Source: Haliotis cracherodii (taxonomy: Eukaryota). From it: DNA of 64,000 nt. Below are positions 1 through 13,300 of the stretch, one piece after another (positions within the stretch are counted from its first letter, which is position 1; each line of letters opens with the position of its first letter). A program made the translations under genes and the position numbers. Under the pieces are notes generated by a model. That model did not search any database. It was not told where the DNA came from and saw only the letters and a program-made list of their open reading frames with translations. The DNA is taken from contig NW_027266268.1 of NCBI RefSeq assembly GCF_022045235.1, positions 4,278,001-4,342,000 of the forward strand. The letters run 5' to 3'.

Positions 1-3000
1 CACAAATTAAATCCTTTCAGACCAACTCTAATCCTATGGCAGCATGGCCCTTACAAAGTTTGACATTTTAGATTAGATTCTGAAAGAAATACATACAGAT
101 ATAGTAAGGGAGAGTGCATTCTGTTGTGTCGGCATTCCGTTAGATGTGTGACCTGAATGCTCTGGCTAAAGTGCAATTAGTTTTACTGATGCAAGAATGC
201 AATGAATGTTCTTCCATGCAATAGTATGGAGAGAGGAAAGTTGAAGTAGTTTTTCTCTTCTTTGTTTAAAACTTTTCTTACAAGCTGTCCTTTTCAATGG
301 CATTCGTATCAACTACCCCATAATAATTCAGCTAAAGAAATGAAAACAATACCATCAGGGTAAAAAACATAACAATAAGGATAGCAGTTAAATATGAGAT
401 CAGAGAAGCTTGTTTATGTATCACAGCAACTAACAGCACCACCTGATACAATACTGAATAAAAATCAACTCAACTACCCTTTAGGTGACTTTCCAAGAAT
501 TGAAATAGAAAACAGGTCATTTTGAGATGAATTATTAAATCGTCACGCGGATAGCAGTACATGTGGAAATGTCATATTTACAAGTGGTCATCTGTTGGTG
601 GTTTGCTTCATAAATATTAGATTTTATAGAGATTTATATCATGAAGTTTATATTAACAAATTTTAAATCTTAGAACAAAACAGTAAACCAACATAAGGTA
701 AAACATTGTTCAAAAGTCAGCATGAAAGTTAAGGGGTCATAATGTTTGCTGAAAATTGTGGTGGTTCCCAGAGTCAGACACCAAAACAACAAACCTCAAC
801 ATCCCCAGGAACCCATAATTTCAAACACTGTAAAACACTGCATAAAAAGATGAAAATAATCTGCAATATTTCAGATACTATTGATTAACGGTCAATACAA
901 TATGATCTATTTAGATGATAACAGGAATATTTATATATCTATTTTGAGATGAGGAATATGCCAACAATATATTGAGGTTGAGCTTCAACAACCGACTGTC
1001 AGAACAACACCACTATGAGCAAAATCTATTTATAGGAAGGAGTTAGTCATGGTAGGTTCTGTGGTTAGGTGTTTTATTCCCATGGCTTGTGATACCCATT
1101 TGGGAAAAGACAATGGGACCTCACTAACAAAATCTGTAGCACCAGTTCATAAAATAGTTTTGATTTTAAACCATGTGTAGGTGTATAAAAATACTGTGGA
1201 ATACACATCCATCTATCAAAATTTAGAGTACATGTGTGGATTAGATTTTCTTTGTATAAGAATGATGATTTATCATTATCGTCACTCTTCACGTGTTTGT
1301 ATACATTTGTATGGAGTAGCAGTCATCTGACTTTCACGAGGTATACACTGCCTCATTTCCCTGCCTGACTATATATAGACACACGTCACTACTACGAGCA
1401 TGTATTTATGGGTCACTGTGACCCAGTCCTCCAACCCCTGTGTACACATGTCCACCTACCACTACCTGACATTGAAGCAATGTGTCAAGTACATGGCTAC
1501 AGAGCTATGGCACATAGTATTCCCTATGCATACTGAGGGCTCACAGCTCCGAGCACTTATCTAGAACTAGACAATGTCTTGATTCGTTGGTTAAAACTAG
1601 TGACTAAGCTGTATGTATTCACAGGATTTGGAGGAATTTAATGTAAACAAACCCGTGAAGTACTGACAATGATGTTAGATTGACAATGTCATTATGGATT
1701 GATAAGGGTTTGATGGTGTTTATGTCCAGGTGAGATCTACCACACAAATGTCAGACACAGACGCAGCTTGACTCACACCATATACGGCAACTTGAACAAC
1801 AGCAACTTCATGCATAAACACATGGCCACATCAAATGTGTCAAGCTGATTTTGTCAGAAGAAATTTCTGCTTCTAGGAAACACTGCTATTAGAGCACATG
1901 TTTTAAGGCTCTACTCCCTAACAGGGTACCTTCAAAGTTAAATGAGGAAAACAACATTTATTCTAAGTGAGCAACAGTTTAAAGGAACATGCCATTGTCA
2001 GGTCAAAAAGATTGTAATTAGGTAGGGGGAAAAATCCTTGTTTATACAATCATAACAAAAATGGTTAATATAAGTTACTGGTGCCCACATCTTCATGAGT
2101 GCCCAGCAGCACATTTACTAACTCTGTTGTGTAAAACTTCAAGATGCGATGAATGTATTCATAAACCTCCAGCAATGTCATCCCATCGTATCTTATAACC
2201 CCTTCTCCACCAAACCCCCCACCCCCCCATACTTCCTATGACACACAGAACATACTGTCAATGTTAAATATTTCAGTGGAACTTGCTACCTTTGTATCTG
2301 TAGGTGTGAACCACTAGGCTACAGGGAAGCTGAAAAATGACAATGCTTTTAAGAATAGTTTTCAGCTACATGTATGTGAGCAAGAGATATTTTACGTCTG
2401 TTTCCAAATGGAAAGTATGTTTGAAACATATAATTGTTGATACATATTTGTCCAGATTTTTCTTTCAGTTGATTACTTATATTACTAAGGTAAAACTGTT
2501 CTCCTTGGATTTTTTGAAAATTAAAAGTAATAATACCCTAGGATGTGGGTATAAAATCTCACAAAAACCATCACACATGTTTTATCCTACACACAAACTG
2601 TGTTATTATTCAAGTAATTACTAAAGTTCACCATCAACTGTTTTTCAATACTTTCTTCCAATAGTTTTGGATTAAGCAGCTTGTATTCACATTAAGGACT
2701 ATTCAGTGGGTACATCATCTCATTCGTTATGAAGCTCTATCATGTGTTGATGTTGTTGCAAGAAGCCGCTTAGTCAAGACAATGGCCCCCTGTTGATGTC
2801 TGTTGTGTCTTAGCAACCTCAAATAATTTGATAACATATAGTTACCGGTATCACCCTTAACAGGATACCATCAACAAAATGTATAACTGTTGTAGAAAAT
2901 ATAAATAAGAAAAAAACATATTTTGAACAAGCTCTAAATTATGAAGGCAATATGACGACAAAACCTTTGTGACCTAACTATGGCATGACTTTGCATTTCC

Positions 3001-3043
3001 TAGAAGCACCATTGTAACACAAACTGACAGAACACTCTACAAC
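1..3043 (-). other. Probable long 3' UTR of EVI5 (3' end not determined)
   Basis: Lies downstream of the stop, is AT-rich and lacks the SINE/MITE copies that fill the introns. Minus-strand AATAAA at 1957-1962 and 1073-1078. Confidence 0.55.
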
Positions 3044-3421
3044 CTAGACCCTACTTTCTTTGAGCACTACCACATCTTCAATAACATCGTCATACAATTC
3101 ACCTGGGACACTCTCTGAACACTCCTCTGTTGTTGACACAGCACTGCCACCATTCTTCAGCACTTCTTTTTTACTATCTAGCCCATTTCCTAGCTCCTCT
3201 CCTACTGAAATCAAAGAGTTGCCATTGGGCACACTGTCATTGTCACCGTTTTCTAGAAGCAACGGGCTCCCTTTGCCCTCAACAAGCTCTGACAGAGTTC
3301 GGTTGAGACTCTCAGAGTCCTCCAAAGCTTCACTAACATCATCAGCTGAATCATCATTGTAGATACTGTCCCCGAGCAGGCCTCCATTAGGTGGTGAGAA
3401 AGTCATCTTCAGTTGCATCAC
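3044..3421 (-). CDS. EVI5: EVI5 terminal coding exon 19 (acidic low-complexity tail ending KESRV)
   Basis: Acceptor GTCCAG|GTG, 378 nt including TAG, in frame with exon 18. Confidence 0.85.
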   Translation of the reverse strand: MMQLKMTFSPPNGGLLGDSIYNDDSADDVSEALEDSESLNRTLSELVEGKGSPLLLENGDNDSVPNGNSLISVGEELGNGLDSKKEVLKNGGSAVSTTEECSESVPGELYDDVIEDVVVLKESRV

Positions 3422-4286
3422 CTGGACATCACCAAAGGAAACAGTCAACATTCTAGTTCTGTATCTAAGCTTTATCACCATGGCCTGGAATTAATCAAGT
3501 CTGAACCAGGCAAACCAGTGACTGAAAACTTGAGCAATGATCCAAGCCATCAGGGCATGGTGATATGCAATGTGGCAAGACACAATGCCTGACCATCAGA
3601 TCCTGATACATTTCCTCTTACTACCAGCAATGGGGTGCTTGGGATCTAGTCTAAATGAACACTTATTGAGCAGTGTTGGGTTGGAAGGTGTTGTCTCTAG
3701 CACACAGAGGAAAGAAGTGAGGAGAAGTCATGGAAGAGCTGTAGAATAATGGTGCTATTATAGGAACAACTAGTTGTGTGTAGTAGACAGTGAAGAGGAC
3801 TTCTGTTGAAAATCTGAAGAGTTATTTGTTGTGCAGTTGCATCCAAATTACAGGATTTATGACAACAATGTAATAGAGGTAGAGGATTCAAAAGAATTAC
3901 AGCTATACAACAAGTGCATAAGATTCATCTTTTTCAAAATGAGAAGCAGACTCCAGGGCCCACTTGCACAAAGCGCTACGACTATTGTAAGCCTATGTTA
4001 AAGTACGATCATCTTAGAGCTAAGATCGCTTTATGCAAGTGGGTCCAGATCCATTCAGTCACCTTCATACCAGGTGTAGCAGTCTGCAGTATTCCCTACA
4101 AAAATGTCTTTGTCTCACCTCATCCTGCAGATCAAAGATCTGGTTCTCAAGGTCCTCGGTGTCCTCTTCTCCGTGTAGCTGACCCGCAGCCAACATCTCC
4201 TCCTTCTACACAGGCAACAGAGAACACTTAGTTGGGCATGCATCAGCAACATCAGCAACATTATCTTACTGGGGCTATGTTAACAC

Positions 4287-4328
<42 letters not shown>

Positions 4329-7300
4329 TCGCAGTCTGAAACATTTAGAGTCAAAATTTGTCTATTGGCAATAATTGTAACTGCTCTTAATGTTAGTATT
4401 TGGGCTATTACAGTCTGTGCCATCAACCTTTGAGTTAGACTGAAGTTGGTTATTAGCATCGTTTATGTTCATTTTGATGTCATTATTAGAATATTACTAC
4501 CTGAGGTTTCAACAAAATTTTACTAAACTAGAGCTTCAGACAAGTGGCCAAGTGTGAGCGGTGAGTGAATGAGGAGCTGTGTTTACTGACCTAGTCAACA
4601 ATTAAAAATCTTAAACAGGACTGCGGTACAACTAGGACCTTGATCGGACAAACCAATGTTGAACAGCATGACAGTGAAACAACAGTGAGCATTAGTCCCC
4701 GTAGTCACTGATAAATTACAATAACACAGATGACATTATGGCCACCAGATCCCTACTAAGTTGCCTCTGAAGACAGGCATAGCGAACTGAGATTCTATAT
4801 AGTTGCCTCTGATAATTCTATTTATCCATCGCTAAGAGGTTGATCAGGATACTCCATCAGCTTCTGAACTGACTGAAGACAAGGTAATGGATGGAGAAAT
4901 ATAAAGAATGAAGCTGTCTTTGATACTGGGAAGAAACTGGACAAATCATGCGTAAAAAGATTCAGAAAAGCCTTTAGAACATTCTCTATAGAGGTAGGAA
5001 ACTTTGGTAGAAGACAGCTAGAATATGCAGTGACTGGTCACTGAGGTTTGTTATTTGGCAGCAGTTACGCCAGCTTAATCAGCAAGCATTTACTCTTAGT
5101 ACCTAATTGTGACTGCCTTAGACCTTTCTTTTGTTTACATGTACACTGAGTGTATATGGAAAAATTAGGGGATGTTTATTTTCCTCAAACAGTTAATCAT
5201 AAATATACCATTTGTTTGTTGTTTAACGCCACAGTCAGCAATGTTCCAGCTATATGATGGCAGTCTGTAAATAATTGAGTCTGGACCAGACAATCCAGTG
5301 ATTGACATCATGGCCATCGATCCACACAATTGGGATGACATGCATCAACCAAGTCAGCAAACCTGACCACCCAAACCCGTTAGGCATAGTCGCCTTTTAC
5401 AGCAAGCATGGATTGATGAAGACCTATTCTACCCCGGGTCTTCACGGGTCTCATAAACATACAAAATCTTGACATCCGTATTGATGAAAATACAAAGCAA
5501 ACACCACTGACATCAAGCATTCACACAAAATATTTCATCACCCAAGATGTATACATATTCTTTATACTTGTTTCTTTCTGACATTTTCAAACATTTTATC
5601 ATTGTACAATCACACACATACTACAAGATGTGACATAGAAAAAAGTTTCATGTCAACACAATCTGAAAAACGTTAATTGGCAACACTGCTTGAAACTGCT
5701 GCAGTTTCAGTGGGCAAAATAAGACAATAGCAATTGACTGACAACGCTGCAACACAGACAACTGATGAATTCCAGTTGCTAGGCAACTGATAGTGGAGTT
5801 ATGGCTCACCTGAATTTCAATACTTGCTATTTTCTGTTTAAGTTCAGCTATCATAGAAGTATTTTCTGCCTCTTTAATACGAGCCATCATAGACTCTTCC
5901 TTTTTCTGAAAGACATTTGTTGGGTTTTGTACAACGTCAAGAATTACTTACATGTCTCAATATTTCTTTTCTTAAACATAGTTAAATGATCCAACACAGA
6001 CATCAAAATAAGAATACATATCTGTAAGTCACTAAACTATCAAAAATTACATTTGTGGTGTTCATACTATTAAACTGGTTTAATTGTTGTTTAATGCCGT
6101 ACTCAGTAATATTCCAGCTACATGACAGCAATCTGTAAATAATCAAGTCTGGACCAGATATTCAAGTGATTGACATCATGAGCATCAATCTACACAATTG
6201 GGACACGCTGACATGCATGAACCAAGTCTTTTAGCCCGACCACCCAATTCCGTTGCCTCTTACAGCAAGCACAGGGTCTGAAGGCCATTTCCAACCAGGT
6301 CATTATAACAGGTTCTTATTAATACTAACATGTTACATAGGAATATTTAAATAACCAGTATCTTAAAAACACACCTAAATTTCAAGTTCACAGAAATAAT
6401 TCCATAAATCAAGTTACATAATTGATAAACCTCATATGATTTCAAAACAGTTAAAAGTCAAACTGATTTGCTGTAGAGATGCACAACTGAAGCAATGGAA
6501 AGCTTAGCAGAAAATAAATTTCATGCACAAAAATATCACAAAGAAATTATAAAGGGCATTCCACATTATTAAATCAAAAAGTATAAGCCTTACAAGATGA
6601 CTTACCCTTGACTCCATGTCATCTATTTTACGCAAAAGCTCCTTAATAGTGGTTTTCATCTCCCGATCAGATTCTGCAGCTTCCTGAAGACGTGTTTTCA
6701 ATAATTTGCTGTCTTCGTCCATTCGGCGAATTTGATTGGTACATATGTGGTTCTATAACAGAACAGATACATACAGACACATATCTTAGCAGGAACATTT
6801 AAGCTTTGATATGCACTTGTAAAATGCTTGATAAATGACCATTACATTGTAAAAGGATATCTATTTCTCAGACTATGTTAATCAATAGTGAATGCATGAA
6901 TGAGATTTACCATTGAATTATGCCTGTAAGGGTTTTATAGGCATGAAATAATTCAAAAGTAAAAACCAATTAATCACAATAATCATGGTCCAATTTTCTC
7001 ACATGATGATAGGATTACCTCCCCTTATCTACACTTTGCTAATGAACGCAATGGCTCACTGGACACTTGTCCAAGATAATGAAAATACCAAGTGTTAGCC
7101 CTCTTTTATTTTTTTCTCAACAGATCTGCTTATGTTAAGCATAGCACAACTGAAGCAAATCAAAGTTATAAGTTATTTGTTGATATGAATGAGAACTAAT
7201 CCTTTTCCCATGTTCATGGACTACACAAAATGTACAGGAAAGGCTAAAATGAGCATAATGAAAAGGTTTTAGGGGGTTGATCTGAACTAATTTTTAGGAA

Positions 7301-10300
7301 ATAGAGAAATTATTTTGCTCATGATTTGATTTTGCTACTTTCACTCATTTTATCCAAATGTAAAATTTTATCCATACAATGATGCCAGATGATGAATTAC
7401 AAAAGGTGATAAAAACTTAAAGATGTTCCATGACCTTAAAACTGGATTTTAAAGTGGATATTCTTTTCATTTGCCAGAGGAATCCCTTTGAAGTGTTGCT
7501 TGAGGGAGTGCCTGATAATAAAGCTGGAACTGTGAACACTCACACCAGCAGTTGTGACTCACTTGTGTTTCAAGCTCCATGACCTTCTGCTTGGTCTCCT
7601 TGCTCTCTGCCAGAGCCTGGGCCTCCCTCACTTTCACTGTCATCAACTCCTCCTGCAGGTGCTTGATCTCCTGCTTGCTGCTCTTCTCCTTCGGTGACGT
7701 CACACTGTTTTGCCTCTCCATGTACGTCTACAGCAACAACACACAGGGTCAAGTCTTGCCTGTCTTGTCTTACAGGGGAAGATTAATATGTAACTATCAA
7801 CTGGTCAGTGGAGTCCACTAATGTTGAACATCACTGGTCCAATGCAAAACTCAATATGTACAAATCAAACAGTTGGGTTGGTATAGAGATAGGTTGGTAT
7901 CTCCACACTGCTAAGGTTTGTTGCAATTGTAATTGTTCTATTAGGGTAATGAGGAGGACCTTGGCTTTCATACTTTATTTCAAACACTGCTAAATTTTCT
8001 CTCAGACATCAGCTATGATTTACCTGTATGAAATACTATGAAATCACTAATTGAGATGAGACTATGCTTGAAATATGCTCACATAACACCCTATCAAAAA
8101 CCAAAAAATAATATAATCATGCTACAAAAATCATAGTTCCAATAAAATCTCATGTTGAAAATTAAATTTTAATTACAAATAACAGCTGGGCCATCTACAA
8201 ATTATTACAAATTATAGTAAAAAAGGAGCAATCTTATCTGTTTTGATTGGATATTTTCTTTTGATCAGTTCCATTATTAAATGCAAGTGTTAATTGTGTG
8301 GTTCAAACTGGCAGGTATGTTTTCCAAAGCCTCTTTATTAGTGAAGATAAGTGTCAGCATACATCATTAGAAATACCAATATATTATGTTGTAAATATGT
8401 TCTGCACATATTGTATCCATGTTGGGAATCGAAACCAGACCTTTGGCATGACAAGCAAGTGCTTTAACTACTGACCCTCCCCCCTTGTTACACTGAAGAC
8501 ATCTAACCTCCCAATAGGTCTCAATCTCGTTGACTTTCTGGCGGAGCTCCTTCAAGGACAGGTTGGCCTCTGCTTCCCGCAGCTTCACTGCAATCAGCTC
8601 TTCCTGCAGGTGCTGTACATCATTGCTGGGCGCCCGCTGCATCTTCAGGTTCGTCTGCAATGTTCAAATGTTACTGAAACAGCTCTCCATGGACAGAATC
8701 TGACATGTACAATAAATAAAATATCAGAAAGAAAGGGGGTCAATAGTTGTTGCTATTGTGCTATGTAAAATCCTTTTCAACGGGAATATTACATTGCAGT
8801 CATGTTCTTGCAGTCATTCTTATAGTCATTGAACAGCGGCCTGTACACAATGGTGTCTGAAACCAGGCCAACACATGGTAATTTGCATTAGCCATGATCC
8901 AGTTTTAATATGATGACACAAAGTCAGGCAGATTACATTGTACCACCTGATCCTCATGTAATTTGACAAGCATGGGTCAATGAAGACCTCTTCTGCACCA
9001 GAAACTCTACCAGGATCACATAAGTAATAACATATGTAGATGGTAAAGAAATGTCTCAGCAACTGAAAAAGTGACTATTGCCGTATGGCAGCCTGATGGT
9101 TATCAAGTTTGACCAGGTAGAGCAGTGGTTGATACAGTCTGGATTACGATTTGCCACACAATCATCCAGGCCACACCTTGAGACCATGCGATGATCATTA
9201 ATCAGCTCTCAAAAGCATGGTGTGGCCCTATAGTGTCCCTGCAATTGATATTTTGTTTTGTGACATACATCCTCTAGCTCCTTGATCTTGGTCTTGAGTT
9301 CCTTGATGAGGATGTTGGTCTCTGTCTCCTTCAGCCGCACCCCGATCAGCTCCTCCTGAAGCTGCTTTATGATGGTCTTGGCACTCTCGTCGGTCAGACA
9401 CTCTGCCTCATCTATGCACTGAGTCTGAAACACACAACATACTTATACAGCACTTGCACTTTCCTGTACTACATATGGGAGAGCATTAGGTCAGTGACAC
9501 AGTCATGTCAAGTCTTAGACATATATGACAGACTACAAGTACTTGAAAAATGGATTTTGATAATTCTTTTCCATTAGAATATGTGAGTGAATGTTGTTTA
9601 ATGCCACAGTCAGCAATATTCCAGCTATACACAGTGGTCTGTAAGACAAGACAAGACAAACTAATGGTTGATATTATGAGCACCATCCCACAGCGCCAGG
9701 GTACAATGCCACACAATCAACCACAGCCTGACAACTTGATCCAATCTAGTCGACTTTTAGATGCACCAGACCTGCATGGACCTATTTTAACCCAGGTTCT
9801 CTAGGCTCTGCTATCAGCAAATGAGAATATGAGACATCTTGAATTTAAAGAAAACAAAACTGTCTGATACAAACACATACATTCTAAAGCATCCTGAGCA
9901 GGCATATTCACTGCTTCAGAGAAAGGAAGATCCTGTTTTATACCTGATATATCTCCTAGAAAGATTAATAATTTGCTTCATAAAAGAGAAAATCATTTGA
10001 CTTGAGTTACAATAGTTCAACATAATTGTTTCTTGCTCAACTTCTCATTATATTAATCTATGAACACAACATTAATTATGCCATTGAACTTCTGAAACAC
10101 AAGTGACAAAATGACCCAGTCCCATGTTAGTATGTACATGCTAGAGGGATTACGGTGCCGCCTTCACATTACTGTATGTCTGTCAAAAAGAAACATTTTA
10201 CCGAGTCCTATGGAAATAAGTAATGAGAATTCTGAACCTTTTCTTCTCATTCACCTCAAAACAGACACTACAAACCTGCTGTCATAGCCAGACATTTTAA

Positions 10301-13300
10301 ATACTGTTCTAACTGTTACATATCACATGCTTGAAACAGATACGAAATTGAGTTAATCTGCTGTACTATGATGTGGTAACTTGTGCATTATTACACTTCA
10401 CTACTGGACTCATCATTGGCGGTTAAGTGAGTGACTGAGAGAGGAGGTTTTTCGTCACTCTAAAATATTTTCTGTTATATCACGGAGTGTCAGCTTGATG
10501 TAAGTGGAAAGTGATATAGGTCACAGATGTTTACTGGTTATGGTGATGAATGAACCTAGCAACATAATAATGGCAAACCAAGATTCAAGCCCTGTTCATG
10601 ATCATAGGTTTCTGACACACCTAAGGGAGGAAACTCTGCACAGCAACTTGCTGCACCTTAGACGACTATAACACCGGTGCCCCCAGAAAACAGGTATGGT
10701 ATTATATCTTGATGCTGCACATTATAAAACCTTTTTAAAACCTGAAGTCATCAGTTTGATCTACCTCATGACAGTCCTCATACAAGAAGACTTTGAGATG
10801 GATAACACCTTGATATTTCAAAAGGGTATATTACACTAGCTGGCTTCATGTACTGATGTTGCATGTGATAACATGCTGCCTTGGTCACGGTAGCCACATT
10901 GCGTGACTCTGCAATAATCATTGACATGCTATATTGTCGGACGCAAGCAATTTCCATAACCAGTTACACATATATATGAAGGACAAGCAAATATTCCATC
11001 CAATTTCAATAATGCTACCATGGATTTGACTTCATTTGTTGTTAAAGATAAGATACATAGTCACAAACTCACTCAAAGCTCATTTGAATATTTGTCAAAT
11101 AGAATTATAGTTTGGTGTCTTTTCAGTACAAATTCAGTAATCCAATCTTAACTGTATACTGTAATATTAATATCTCATTACTATACAATACAAACATAAC
11201 AGGTTCATTATGCTCACAACATCCTCCAAAGACCTGACAGGTCAGGCTTCTGTTGGGCCGATAGCCTTAGTTCTCTGAGCATTAACCTTAAGTGTTTGGA
11301 GTTCTGTTGGACCAGTAACCCTAAGGCTTTGGGGTTCTGTTGGGCCAGTAACCTTAAGTCTTTGTGGTTCTGTTGGGCCAGTAACCTTAAGTCTTTGTGG
11401 TTCTGTTGGACCAGTAACCCTAAGTCTTTGGGGTTCTGTTGGGCCAGTAACCATAAGTCTTTGGGGTTCTGTTGGGCCAGTAACCTTAAGGCTTTGGGGT
11501 TCTGTTGGGCCAGTAACCTTAAGTCTTTGTGGTTCTGGTTGACCAGTAACCATAAGTCTTTGGGGTTCTGTTGGGCCAGTAACCTTAAGGCTTTGGGGTT
11601 CTGTTGGACCAGTAACCTGAAGTCTTTGGGGTTCTGTTGGACCAGTAACCTTAAGTCTTTGGGGTTCTGTTGGGCCAGTAACCTTAAGTCTTTGTGGCTC
11701 TGCCCGGCCAATAAACTTAGCTTTACCTAGCTGTTAATTCTATAACATGAAGAACAGCACAAACCAACATTTAGTAGTACAGTATCAGTAATCCAAGGGC
11801 ATCTTTAAAATAGTGAACCCAGCTGAATGCACAGTATGTGGTATTATGTGATGTCAGATCTAAACAGTTCAGACAGGATACAAAAACTGACAAGTCACTG
11901 GATGTACTACAATAACATCAGCAAGTTAGAGCTGTTTTTGCATGAACATGTGACTAATGACTTACATGAAATTGTTTTCCTCAGTGTAACTCTTGTAATT
12001 TCAAAACCGCTATGTATTTGGAATCACTGACTTTCCTATCCCTAAATTATATCCAAAAATCGGATCATACATTCATGCATTGATACAAAGCAATACAGTT
12101 TCGTAAAAGGAGGATACGTAAAGTGATGTGAATATGAATGTAACACATTATTTCTGAAAGGATGTAATTGGAGTTCTCAAGTTACTGTTCTTCTGAGCAA
12201 CAAAAATTAAAGGTTGGGTCTCTGAGCAGTGAACCTTAAACATTTTTTATGTATCATATCGTCTATTGTGGTGAATTTTAATACCACTGTAATCCATTTA
12301 GTATTATGCCATTGTGTATCATCACATCCCTACTGTCAGAGCTGCTGAACTCAACACTGGCTTGTCACATCTTTACTGTCTTTAGTCACTGAGAAGGCTT
12401 GCAAGTTGACTAAAGCAACAATGTTAGGACAAGTGCAAGTAGGGTGGAGATGATGACTACAGTTATACAGAAGGAAACAATATACTCATGTGGCACCACA
12501 CAGGCTCATCATTAGTGGGGAAAATGGTGGGAAAAGCTAGGTGTTACTATATATATAAAACTCTTAAAACTGAGCGAAAGTACATAACTATTAATAATAA
12601 TAGGAATAACAAATGTTTCATATAACACTCAATATAAAAATATATAATTAACTCAAATATGTTAAAAATGTGAAAATGCAATTAAAATCCAAAAGAATAT
12701 CAAATACTATTGGTGATTGGTTTGAAACAAGCAGCTCATTGAGGATAAAATCTCAGAGTGAGTGAGTATCATTTATGCCGCTTTTAGCAATATTCCAGCA
12801 ATATCACAGCAGGGGACACCAGAAATGGGCTTCACACATTGTATCCATGTGGGGGATTAGACTCGGGTCTTCTGTGTGACGAGTGAACGCTTTTAACCTC
12901 TTGGCTATGCAACCACCCCCTTAAGTAATACATACATATATATATGATTACTCAGCTCATCCTTGCATACCCAGTGCATTATATCTCCATTCTATTTCAA
13001 TAAATATGCTGGACACATTCACCAAAGTTTTTGTACCGGACGTTACGTCACTATCTCCATCTCTCCTACCATAGCATAGCAATCCTAACACTCATCAGTG
13101 ATCAGATGGCTATTTATAGCTCCGTGCCATTTGAATTTTGCTGCCAACTAGGTCCAGGATATTTATCAAAATAGAATGGAGATATAACACACTGGAACAT
13201 GGAGGATGTACACAGATGCACCCAAGACATGACCGACAAGCTATATATCTGGCGGGATATAAGGAGAAAACACTGCCACCTGGTGTTAATTGTGTCCAAT

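Noticed and set aside
3060-3362. Plus-strand Ser/Thr-rich ORF (also 7579-7821, 34472-34669, 31645-32025)
   Set aside because: Antisense shadows of real EVI5 exons.
11265-11710. CRISPR array
   Set aside because: Head-to-tail units with no unique spacers, eukaryotic intron context, no cas genes. The same applies to the 47-bp repeat at 36117.
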